A DNA stretch of 45,697 nucleotides from Reclinomonas americana ATCC 50394 (taxonomy: Eukaryota): contig PS015038.1 in the NCBI GenBank assembly GCA_048213135.1, forward strand, positions 14,831 to 60,527, written 5' to 3'. The position numbers and the translations under genes were made by a program. Shown here in pieces: positions 1 through 19,930 of this stretch. Each line of letters starts with the position of its first letter. The first letter of the stretch is position 1. The notes under the pieces were generated by a model. That model was not told the DNA's origin. It worked only from the letters and a program-made list of their open reading frames with translations, and did no database searches.

Positions 1-4960
<4,960 letters not shown>

Positions 4961-4974
4961 GATTGATTGCGGTT

Positions 4975-5400
4975 TCTCTCTCTGGCACTGAGTGTTGTCT
5001 TGCTTGTCTGTGGTTGAGAGAGTAATCTGGCTTGCCTTTTGTGTGAAAGATATCGCGTGGATCATTGACGTCGAATCTTCAGCTGATCGTGAACTTCACC
5101 ACAAGTCCCTTGTTGACAGTGACCTTAGCTGCAAACACACTAGTGCACTTCTCCAACAGTCATCTTCCCTTGCAGCGGGCAAAGCTAATTGCAATCACGA
5201 TCAAGCACGTCTTGGCCAGCCTGAAAAGGATTAATATTCGTGACTTGGTTTCCTCGTCTGTCTCTGGCACTGAGTATTGTCTTGCTTGTCTGTGGTTAAG
5301 AGAGCATCCGGCTTGCCTTTTATGTGAGAGAATGGCGTGGATCGTTGACGTCGCAGCTGAACTCACCACAAGTCCCTTGTTGACAGTGACCTTTGCACAC
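4975..5400. repeat. Imperfect direct repeat, two copies of ~150 bp
   Basis: tctctggcactgagt.ttgtcttgcttgtctgtggtt...caccacaagtcccttgttgacagtgacctt occurs at ~4979 and ~5261. Confidence 0.85.
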
Positions 5401-5818
5401 CAACACCCAGAACACACGGTTTGCTCTTCTCCACCAGTCACCTTCCCTTTCAGGAGGCAAAGCCATGTTGGTCCCATCAAGACATGCACAGTCAGGAAAC
5501 CTTGACCACCAGCACTCCCACCAACCTCGGTCTCTGATGAGATTAAGCAAGTCCAGGTTGTGCCAGACAGCGCGAAGGTGAGCGTGTACGCATTCTGCTC
5601 GCCTTACGCCCTGCGGCAACGCTTAGGGCAAGGAAGAGGAGAAGAAGGAGAAGGAAGAGAAGGAGAAACTCCTTCGACCCATCTATCAGCCCCTTGCACT
5701 GTTGCCGCTGTCGTGCATCGCAAATTCAGGATCACCAAGCTCACGAACCCTGTTTGCACAACGCACCTCAACCTTCGCAACCCCGCCCCGTCATCAGTTA
5801 TCTCTCTACCGCAGTCCA

Positions 5819-9665
<3,847 letters not shown>

Positions 9666-9739
9666 TCACAAAGAGAGAACAGAGAGAGTTTGTGTTGATT
9701 GATTGAGTGGGCAAGTCGACTTCATTGCAAGGGTTTCTC

Positions 9740-10190
9740 AAGAGAAGAGAGAGTGTTTAGGAAGATGAGGACTGTGCCTTCACTTCTTGTTGTGAGCTTC
9801 TCATGGCTCTCACAGAAGAGAGACTGTTGAGTGATAAGCTTGCATCGTCCTTCACTTGTCGTTGTTTGACACCACTTGTTGTGCCTCTCAGAGAAGAGAG
9901 GGTGTTTTGGAAGATGAGCATCGTGTCTCTACTTCTCGTTGTGTGCTTCCCATGTCTCTCAGAGAACTGCGACTCTTGACTGATGAGCTTGACTTGCAGC
10001 ACTTGTCATTGTTTGGCAGCACTTGTTGTGCCTCTCGGAGGAGAGACAGAGAGATTGTTGATTAAGTGAGCGAGGAAGCCATGAGCACCGTGTCTCTACT
10101 TCTCGTTGTGTGCTTCACACAGTTCTCAGAGGAGAGTGACATGACTGATAAGCTTGCAGCACACGTCCTTCACTTGTCGTTGCTGATACC
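9740..10190. repeat. Degenerate tandem repeat, about three units of 150-170 bp
   Basis: Recurring atgagca.cgtgtctctacttctcgttgtgtgcttc, tgataagcttgca and cacttgttgtgcctctc blocks. Confidence 0.8.
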
Positions 10191-10604
10191 TCTGACTGTT
10201 AATTGAGTGGCCCTTGCGCTCCCGTGGCGCATTCCAGACGCGGACGCTTCCGAGCGTAGCCTCGTGATTGGGGAAGACGGCAGTCTCTCGTAGAGGATCG
10301 ACACTCAGTACTGACTGGCAACGATGCAGTCAAGTGGCATGGAGACCGAAAGCGCGATCTCCACACTGCGTCAGTGCATGTGATGGGAAATCGGCAGGGT
10401 TCACGGAGAAAGGGAAGATATCAGTGAACGTCGATTCGATGTATTTTTCGAACAGGATCAACGGCGTGCATACACGTAATCCCTTTCATCATTTTCCCCT
10501 GCTGACAGAGGATAGGCGTGAGTGAGCGAAAGGTGTGCAGGAGTTGAGGCGTGCGTGACTGGGAGACCAACCTTGCAACATTATTGGTTGAAAATTGATC
10601 GGCG

Positions 10605-11779
10605 TCAATGCCGCCGCATATTGAGCCCCGTCGGCGAGATAGCATTGAGCTTCACAATGAGTTCGGTTTCCGCCTCCTCCAGCGTCAGCGAGTACGGGTG
10701 GGGGTTGTTGTGGATGAAGATGATGCTGTGTGATAGGCAATGAGCAACAGCACGAGCATCTTGTTCAGCAGCAACATTTTCTGACGTATACGTACCCCGA
10801 CTCGCGCATCTTTGCGCCGCCGACCTTGGCCATGTAAGCATGCAGCAGGTACACCCTTTCCTTTTCGCCGCGAGCCGCGTCATGCGCGCAACGGCAATGT
10901 TGCCTGAAGCGAGCACGGCACTCTTGTTCAGTCTTGCCCACGTACACTTGGTGCTGGTGCTCGATCTCGACATCCGGCACTAAGAAGCAGTACATCACGC
11001 CGCTCGACGATGTCGTCGGCATCTCCCATTGAGTGATCTTGGCGTTGCAGCAAGCCTTGTGGCATAGCTGGATCTGCTCTCGAAACCGCGACGACAGCAT
11101 GAGCTCCTCGATGCGCTCCTTCGTCAGGCACTCCGGATCCGCCCGACCTCCAGGTTCACAGTCGGCGAGGGACCGCACATGAATCTCGGTGGGCGTCGGG
11201 CAGGCGTCGCTCGATTCCGACGCCTCCAAATTTCCGAACACCACCTTCTCAACGCACGTCAAGTGGCCGAGTTCCACGGGCACGACATGCTGTCCAGGCG
11301 TCTCCATGAGGAGCGCGTCGCGCCGCTCGATCTGCTGCAGCCGCAGCTGCCGGCGCTGTCGTAGCTGCAGTGGAGTCTCGTGTTGTGCCGGCAACTGTTG
11401 ATGCTCCTGGGGCTGCTCCGGTGCCGCCTGCCGACGAGCTCGGTCGCTGTGAGGCTCAGGACACGTTGGCTTCTTGTGTCCGTAATGGCCACAGTTACCA
11501 CACGCATTCTTGAGCCTACAATACAGCGTGACGTCGTCTCCGATGCTGGCATCATCGCAAAGCTCGTGACCCCGGTTGGAACTGAAAAGCCGGAGGCGCT
11601 CGATGGGGATCCGTTCTTTTCGTTTGGTGTACTCGAGCTCGTCGACGACCGCTCTTTTGATGGAGCAGATTGTCGTGTTGTCCTTCTTGTACTCCACACG
11701 CAGAATGACCTTCTCACCGCGCTTAACAACCACAGTGAACACCTGATGCAAAATAGGTGATCATGAGATCGAGCGAGAC

Positions 11780-11827
<48 letters not shown>

Positions 11828-12384
11828 GAGGGGAGGAGANNNNNNNNNNNNNNNNNNNNNNNNNNNNNNNNNNNNNNNNNNNNNNNNNNNNNNNNNNNNN
11901 NNNNNNNNNNNNNNNNNNNNNNNNNNNNNNNNNNNNNNNNNNNNNNNNNNNNNNNNNNNNNNNNNNNNNNNNNNNNNNNNNNNNNNNNNNNNNNNNNNNN
12001 NNNNNNNNNNNNNNNNNNNNNNNNNNNNNNNNNNNNNNNNNNNNNNNNNNNNNNNNNNNNNNNNNNNNNNNNNNNNNNNNNNNNNNNNNNNNNNNNNNNN
12101 NNNNNNNNNNNNNNNNNNNNNNNNNNNNNNNNNNNNNNNNNNNNNNNNNNNNNNNNNNNNNNNNNNNNNNNNNNNNNNNNNNNNNNNNNNNNNNNNNNNN
12201 NNNNNNNNNNNNNNNNNNNNNNNNNNNNNNNNNNNNNNNNNNNNNNNNNNNNNNNNNNNNNNNNNNNNNNNNNNNNNNNNNNNNNNNNNNNNNNNNNNNN
12301 NNNNNNNNNNNNNNNNNNNNNNNNNNNNNNNNNNNNNNNNNNNNNNNNNNNNNNNNNNNNNNNNNNNNNNNNNNNNNNNNNNNN

Positions 12385-12421
<37 letters not shown>

Positions 12422-12556
12422 CAGAGAGAGAGAGGAGGGGGGAAGGGAGAGAGAAGAGAGACGACCACAGCGCGCGTGATGAAGCAACAGACATGATCAT
12501 GACAAAGAACGAAATGACGGCAGCAAGAAAGTGGGTCGAGTGTGAGCGTGTGAGAA

Positions 12557-12598
<42 letters not shown>

Positions 12599-12664
12599 TG
12601 TGTGCAAGAGAGACAAGGAGGCGGCGGATGAGAATGGAGAAGGTGGAGACGATCTGCTCACCAT
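10605..12664 (-). CDS. Ubiquitin-like + CCHC zinc knuckle + GIY-YIG endonuclease fusion protein (~356 aa)
   Basis: Model: join(12664-12662, 11742-10796, 10725-10605). Ubl pattern VFTVVVK...TTICSIKRAV...IPIERLRLF...ELCDDASIG..VTLY. Knuckle CGNCGHYGHKKPTC. GIY-YIG motifs GVMYCF, VYVGKT, RFRQH, EEAETELI and SPTGLN. The ATG-only first exon is tentative because its intron spans an N gap. Confidence 0.75.
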
Positions 12665-12926
12665 GATTCTATTTTTTGTGTGAGTGAGCTTGACAACATT
12701 TGTCACTTTTGCGGGCAATCTCTCTGCTCACTGCTCCTGAAGCATGCTTGCTGATCTCTCGGTGGAGGAGTGTGGTGTCGCAAGTGGGAGTGCAGTCTCG
12801 CTGCTCCTCGGCAGATATCATGATACCCGTAGAGGCGACGTCGGGCGTACGCGTCGACGTTCTGCGCATGCAGCAGATTTCTTGTCATGCTCGCATACAG
12901 AGCGAATGGCGCCTCTCTCTGCATGC

Positions 12927-12960
<34 letters not shown>

Positions 12961-13419
12961 TGCAAGTCTGATGCATTCTGAGTTGCATTTCGGGACAGGT
13001 GATATCGGCATTCTCTTTCTCTCTGTCTGCAACACACTCTCGCAACGCGGCATCCGTGGGTGAGCCACGATGGGCGTCTCGACTTCTGCGCCCACCGCTG
13101 TCCCATGGCCGCACTTTACATAACACTTACCCGAGCGCTGAATGGCCCCGAAAGTGCATGTGAATGCCGCTGTCACCACAGACATCATGACAAGCAGTGA
13201 GTTGTCGGTGCGTGCGTGCATGTGTTCAGGCCCCCCATCAGTGCTTTCCTCACATTGCTCTCTTTGCATGCTGGCAGCCGGAGCAAGCACTCGATGATGA
13301 GTTGCCAGAGGCGAAGGTGCGTGTGCAAGAGTGGGAGTGAGAGAGGGAGGGGGAAGGGGGAAGAAAGGAGAGAGAAGAGAGACAGAGATTGGGAGAGGGA
13401 GGGGTAAGAGAGAGAGATG

Positions 13420-13728
13420 GAGAAGAGAGGCCGTAAGGCACGAGCGAAGAGAGAGGGGAAAGAAGAGAGTGACGGAGAGACGGAGAAGAGAGGCCGTGAG
13501 GCACGAGCGAAGAGAGAGGGGAAAGAAGAGAGTGACGGAGAGACAGGAGCGAAGAGAGTGAGAGAGAAGGGAGGCCGAGAGACAGAGACAGACGAAAGAT
13601 CGAGTGAGAGATGAAGAAGTGAGGCCGAGAGGCACGAGCGAAGAGAGAGGTAGAGAGACAGGAGCGTAGAGACAGAGAGAGAGAGAGAGAGAGAGGGTGA
13701 GACGGAGAAGAGAGGACGTGAGGCACGA

Positions 13729-13730
<2 letters not shown>
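13420..13730. repeat. Purine-rich minisatellite, ~57-60-bp units
   Basis: gaagagaggccgt.aggcacgagcgaagagagagg recurs about four times. Confidence 0.8.
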
Positions 13731-13793
<63 letters not shown>

Positions 13794-13936
13794 AAGGGAG
13801 AGAGAGTCAGGACTGAAGAGAGAAAATGAAAGTAAGCGAGAGAGGGAGAGAGAGACAGAAAGAGTGAGAGAAGTGAGGCTGTGAGACAGAGCACAGAGAC
13901 GAAGAGAGAAGGAAGGAGGGAACGCTGCAGCCACGC

Positions 13937-16900
13937 ATGAGCACTTCTATCTCTGCGGCAGAAACACGACAAGTGAGTCTGCCACTGCAGGTTTCTTCTC
14001 TGTATCCTTAATCCTCCTTCTCTCAACAGACTTTCGCTACCGGTCTGCGAGTGTCTTCGTCTGCTGCTCGCCGTGCACTCGCCGAGAGACGTCGCATGCA
14101 CGCTGGTGCGAGGAAGCGATCGGCATCATCCTCCCAGCTGGCATCGCCGTCGGCGCACAAGCGCTCACGATTGCCAAGTTACTCTTGCATGCCGTTGCTT
14201 GTGTGACCAGGAGTCCGAAAGTCAAGGCGGGTGTATGTGTACACAGAGGACGTGATCCGCGTGGCCATCTCACGGATGGAGCAGCAGGGAGGCCCCGTCG
14301 CGCAGCACCGTGTTGTTAACCGCATACCGAAGCTGGTGAGCGCACCAGGACTCTTCACCACGTGCCTTTTACCGTGCACTCACACATCGCACGCAGTTCA
14401 CATTCTGCCACTTGCAACTGCTGCACCGACACATCCCCGACGACGTGCTATGGATGCTCGAGGCACACGTGGCGGGTCAGGCCGAGCAGAATCGAAACCT
14501 GCACCCGTTCATTGCCGTCGGCGGTGGACCCGGCACTGGGAAGTCGCGCCTGCTGGATTCGTTTGCAACGCTGCTGGCAGAGAAGATTCCAGAAGTCGTC
14601 GAGTCGCCAGAGCAGCCGCTGCAGCGCCTGCGCCGGGCGCTTGTTGGTGGCCGCGTGACGGTTTGACGCGGGAGCGCACAAATTAACTGCCACACCAATG
14701 CTCATCCATGCGAGACCGCAGGTACCGGTGACCTTCAACAGCGGTGACGAGCTGATGCCGGAGGAGGTGCAGGCTGGTGAACCGTGGATTGGATTGAGGA
14801 TTCTGCATGCCTGGTTCGGGTCGGTGGCATTTGCAGAGTGGGTCCACGCCTATCGGCGGCAGTGTCTCGCCGACAGTGGCGCCCCGTGCGACGTTGGCGT
14901 TGCCGATGCCATTGTGGCGATCACCGACGACGTGCGGAGGAACTCCCCTGAAGGTGTGTGTGCCATTCATTGTGCCTGAACATGTGTAGCAGGTGTGCTC
15001 ATTGTTTTCGCAGTTGACGGCGACCTCGCGGTCATCATTCTCGTCGACGAGTGCCTGCGAGTGATCGAGCAGGGAGGTTCGTTTACTTCTGCTCGATTGT
15101 GTGATACGTGCCACCGACATGGTGCTTCTGATAGTGAGCCTGAGCGCGATGATGCGGCGGCTTGGTGGGCCGCTGTGCGTGCCGGCTGGGGGAGACACCA
15201 GGAATCTGGTGCTGGTGGTGTGCTCCGCGTTGGTGCTGTCGGAGTTGCAGGCCGTATTCCGCACCTCGGGACACCCCTTGGTCCCCGTGCCGCTCCCACT
15301 GTTGCTGGACCAGCACGTGGAGGAGCTTGTTGACACGGCGGTCTGCGTCGCACATCCGGACTGGGCCGACAGGTGGAGGACCTTTGGTGCGCTGCGGCAT
15401 GTGATGACGCAGATTTGTGGAGTTCCTCGTGGTGTCGAGTGTCTGGTTGCGGCGCTGGCCAGAGGCAGATGGAGGGGCGGTGGTGAGGAGGGAGGGGAAG
15501 GGGAGGGAGGGGGAGGAAGGGAGGAGAAGGGGAAGGGTGGGAGGAGAGGGGGAGGGAAGGAGGAGAAAAGGAGGGAAGGAGGAGAGGGGGAAGGAAGAAG
15601 AGAGGAGAAGAAGAAGGAGGAGAGTCAACGAAGAGGGGGAAGAGGAGAGGTTAAAGGAAGGGGGAGAAGGGGAAGGGGGAGAGTCGACAATGAGGGGAAT
15701 AGGAGAGGTTAATGGAAGGAGGAGAAGGGGTGGGTGAGAATCAACAAAGAGAGAGGTGAAGGGAAGGAGGAGAAGGGGAAGGGTGAGAGCCGACAAGGAG
15801 GAGGATGAAGAGAGGAGAAGAGGGAGGGTGAGAGTTAACAAAGTTTAGAAAGAAGTGAGGTGAAGGTTAGGGGAGAAGGGTGAGGGTGGAATCAACAAGG
15901 AGGAGGAAGAAGGAAGAGGCGATGGAAGGGGAGAAGGGGGAGGGTGCGATTCTCCATTTGTGTGGCTCTGTTGATTTCTACGCTTGTCGAAGGGAGAGAG
16001 AGAAGAAGTGTTGTGCATTACGCTTCTGTTCCGGCGAAGAGAGAGCAGAAGTATACACTGAGAACGGAGATAGAGACGGAGAGGTCTCTGTTGAGACAAA
16101 GACACACTGCAAGACGCTGCAGTGTGAGTGCGTAAAGATAAAGAGACAGAAGAGAGAACAGAAGAATGCACTGAGGTCGCAGAGAGAAAGAAAGAGAGAC
16201 GTGACACACAGCAGAGTGATGCAGAGTCAAAGACAGACTGCGACGAGAGGGAGAGCTCAGCTGTTAGGCGATATCTTTAGTGCCCTGTCACTCTGCACGC
16301 TGCTCTTGCGTCTTCGAGCGCGAATCAAGCCGTCAAGTGATCTCTCATCTCCTATCCTTTCCCATCCTTGCATGTGCGGCGGATGTGCAACATATTCCAA
16401 GATCAATTGTTGTGCTCACATGCGCCCTGCGATGCAGAGCCGGCGGACGACGTGACCGAGCTGGCGGAAATCGTGAGGCGGGGTATGCAGATAAACAACT
16501 ACAGCCAAGTGAGCCTCGCACACGTCCGTCTTCTCGAGCTGTCGACACGCCCGCTCCACAGCCTCGATGCCAAGGTGATGCTCGATGCGGGTGAGTGGAT
16601 CAAGTTCAGTACGGCTGCCTCGCTTGGCAGGGTGGCACATCGGGAGGTGTCTGTGGTATGTGTTGCTGGTCTGCACGTTCGTTGTCAGGCAAGCTTCCTG
16701 ACGAGCTCGTGACAGTTTGGGCAGAATATGTACTATCCCGTGTACCCGCCGCTGCTCTTTGATGTCCAGGGCGGGAAGAGGGCGCTGATGCAGCTGTCTG
16801 ACTGCTCCGAGGATGCTTTCAAAAGCGCATGCTGTGAAGCACTGGCCATCAAATTCTCACATCTCGACTCGAGCGACGTGTTCCTCCGAGACGTGCTGTC

Positions 16901-17302
16901 CGGGGCCAGGTTTTCGTCGTCGGTCAACTCCAGCTGCTTTGACGTCGCGGTCATGTTGCCGGAGGATGCTGCGGTGGACGTGAAACTGTGTAGTCAGGGA
17001 CTCTTTGTGCGTGGCGTCGTGTTTCAGGAGTGTTCGACACAGCTGGCTCATCACTTCCTCCCCCTCTTGTAGGAAGTGCCTTGCGAGATAAAACACGGTC
17101 GTGTTCTGCGCACTCGAGCCAAGGATTGTGCCGCCGATGCCTTTGTTGTCACTCCGATTGTTGCGTGACAAAAGAGAGGGGGTGGGGAGAGAAAGAGAGA
17201 GAGAATAATTGGAGGTGTAGTGCCAATGCTCGTGCCGCCGATACTTTTGTTGTCAACCCGATTGCTGCTGCACCTATCGCGATCACCCCTCAGAGAGAAA
17301 CA

Positions 17303-17369
<67 letters not shown>

Positions 17370-18985
17370 GGTGCCACAATTGCTGCTTGACCTGTCACTC
17401 CTCAGAGACTGAGACCGAGAGAGAAAGAGAGAGGATATGTGGAGGCTACGAGCCCAGGCTCGAGTCGCCGATGCCTCTAGTGTCACCGATTGTTGCATGG
17501 CCTCTCGCTTCTCAGAGATAGAGAGAGAGAGAACGAGTGGAGGTCGGTGCTCTTTCAGTCAGCCCGATTGTTGCGTGACCTGTCTATCCCTAGAGACAGA
17601 GAGAGAAAATGAGTGGGGGGTTTGAGTCAGGGCCTGTGTTGCCGATACCTTTGTTGTCACTCTGATTGTTGCGAATCCCGTCACTCCTCAGAGAGAGAGA
17701 GAGAGGATGAGTGGAATTGTCAAGCCAAGGCCGATGCCTTCAGTGTTGTGCAGCCTGAAACTTTCTCAGTGGTGGAGAGAGAACGTGTGGAGGCCGATGT
17801 TGTTATTGTCACTCTGATTGTTGCGAATCTCGACACTCTTCAGAGGTACAGAGAGAATGAGTGGAGGCAAAGCCGAAGCCTTCATTGGCGTGACCGCTTT
17901 CACTCAGAGACACACGCACACATAGAGAGCGAGAGAGAGAGAGACAGGGAGAATAGTGGTGGTTGAGAGTCTGTTGTCTCTGAATTCTCCGCATGTATCT
18001 CATCTCTCATTTTCAGTGTGTTAGTGTGCGTGCATTTATTGTACCCCAGCACCACTACGGGTAGTGAATATAGTAACTACCTTGCACGAATGAGCATTCA
18101 CCAGTGGTCGCCAACAATTCTCGTGCTTTCCTCATATGCGTGTATGAATGTAGGGATATGTTGCCTTCCAGTTCAAGCGGGTATGGTCACGGGCGTTGAG
18201 CGAGGACGGCTTTCTTGAAGAGTACGCCAAAGCGTTCCTCGTGCGTAAGCAGTCGACGCATACCACCGTGTCACCGCATCAACCCTAAACATCTACTTGT
18301 ATTCATGCGCGCAGCCATTCTTTGTCATTGCCGGCACCGAGTCTCGCTTGCCTCCGCTTCTGTACCCCAGGTCCGCGAGAAAGCTCGTGGCGCAGCTGGG
18401 ACGCATTGTGTGTCGCGAGCGCAGACTGAAAAAGATGAGTGACGATGAACGCAAGTTGGTGGTGCAAGTGGCCAGGGCGTGCACAGTTGAGTGGCGGCCG
18501 GTGGTCGTCTTTCTTTCCTCGCATCGAGTGATTGCGCTCACGTTCTTTTGAGAAACAGAATTTCTGGTTTGGGCTGATTGCGGTGTCGCCACACGCGGAG
18601 CTGGTGCGGCATTTGCCGGGGAATGCGTTTCTGGTGGATTCGGAGAACTTGAGCCTCTTCTTCGGGTTTATTATTGGGCCGGTGCTGGAGCGCGTGTTTG
18701 TTGGTGCGTGTGGAGAGGATGGGGAAGATAGGGAGAAGGAGACAGAGGGTTGCTTATAATGGCTTTCATGCAGGTATCAACGTCAACACCATGACAGAGG
18801 AACAGTTGCGGGAGCGCCTGCCGGTGGATCTCGTTCAACTGGAGCTGGAGGGACGCGACAGACTCGTGCGTCGGATTATGAGGAAGCGAGAGCAGCGGCA
18901 TTTTGTGTCATTGGTTGATTTCTGTGAGCGGGTGGTGGAGAGGTACAGGCTGGGCGAGGAGGTTTTGCAGTTTGTGCGGTGGTGA
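13937..18985 (+). CDS. Crinkler/RHS (CR)-type protein: P-loop NTPase + PD-(D/E/Q)xK restriction-endonuclease-like domain + degenerate HhH
   Basis: NTPase: Walker A GGPGTGKS (~14521-14546), VTFNSG, IGLRILHAWF, Walker B VIILVDE, VVCSA...PLPLL, CGVPRGVECL. REase part: LRDVLSGA, AADAFVVTPI|GYVAFQFKR (join 17159/18154), FLEEYAKA, LPGNAFLVDSENLSLFFG. C-terminus INVNTMTEEQL...RIMRKREQRHFVSLVDF. About 12 exons; the start and the junction across 15.47-16.44 kb are uncertain. Confidence 0.8.
17133..17900. repeat. Degenerate tandem copies of an exon end and donor site inside the CR-gene intron
   Basis: gccgat.c.tt.gttgtcac.c.gattgttgcg-like units at 17133, 17237, 17467, 17543, 17641, 17730, 17793 and 17872, separated by (GA)n...gtggagg. 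Confidence 0.85.
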
Positions 18986-19242
18986 TGGGAGATGGAGAGA
19001 GGGAGAAATTTAAAGAGACATGCTACAGCGACGGCATTGAACTTATCGCTCAGACGCTCGCGGGCGCACCATTGTTCATGTCTATCAATAATTATTCTTC
19101 GTTCCACACCACGAGAGCGACGTGTTGTCGTATTGTCGCTGCAGTATCTCAAAACTGCAATTGTGTACGTAGAGATCTACGTAGACGTCGAAGAACGGGA
19201 CGAAGTCCCAGCCAACCTCTTTCGATCCGTCACTTGCGTCAC

Positions 19243-19804
19243 ATGGTGAGTGATGGAATGCGCAGTTTCTGCTTGTCTCGATCTTCACTAGTGCACAGGC
19301 GTCAGCCGCAGGTTCCAAGTCGTACATGCGCGGAGCAAGCGCTGATCATCTGGAAATTGAGGACTGTTCTATCACCGGCCACGTGTCCAGCATCATCAGC
19401 ACTCTGGTCAGGTCTGTCGCCCAGTACACGCGTGTTGACTCGAACGTGAAGAAGATGTACATCGGTATGTATGCCCGTGGAGCATGACCAGACAAGTGCC
19501 ATCATGATGACGTCGACACTTTGGTTTCATCGATGCATTCTCCCATGTAGGAATTGCCAGTGGGTCGGACTATCATGCAGCACTGCGACGTCGCTGGGAC
19601 GATTACAAGCGAGAGGAAGGCATCAACCACATGGTCTGCATCTACACCAGCTCATCGCAAGACAACTGCCGCACTGTGGAGACTGAGCTCGAAGAGTACT
19701 TCCGCGAACACGATCTCAATGTTAACCGCACCGGTGGTGGCGGAGGTCCCAACTCCAAGGGCCCGGAATACTACGTCTATCTTGCCATGCGCCGTTGGGG
19801 GTGA
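19243..19804 (+). CDS. Small (140 aa) GIY-YIG-like nuclease, apparently circularly permuted
   Basis: Model: join(19243-19245, 19299-19464, 19551-19804), with clean ATG|GTGAGT, CAG|, G|GTATGT and TAG| sites. Protein: MASAAGSKSYMRGASADHLEIEDCSITGHVSSIISTLVRSVAQYTRVDSNVKKMYIGIASGSDYHAALRRRWDDYKREEGINHMVCIYTSSSQDNCRTVETELEEYFREHDLNVNRTGGGGGPNSKGPEYYVYLAMRRWG. It is not represented in the ORF track. Confidence 0.7.
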
Positions 19805-19930
19805 TAATCAGTGTGGTGAACGGCTTGTTTACGTTCTCGTTCCCCCATCTTTCACCAACTCGGTGCAGACCACACGTGCACTGCCATCGCACGCACACCA
19901 TCGCACGCACACCGCCAGCGCACCTGACCA

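Noticed and set aside
12670-13330. Exon-like segments on the minus strand upstream of the Ubl-GIY-YIG gene
   Set aside because: Splice-like signals exist but I found no consistent reading frame. Possibly a spliced 5' UTR.
17133-17900. Repeat-spacer appearance next to a nuclease gene suggested a CRISPR-like array
   Set aside because: Units are degenerate, irregularly spaced copies of the adjacent exon end, the spacers are GA microsatellite, and there are no cas genes.
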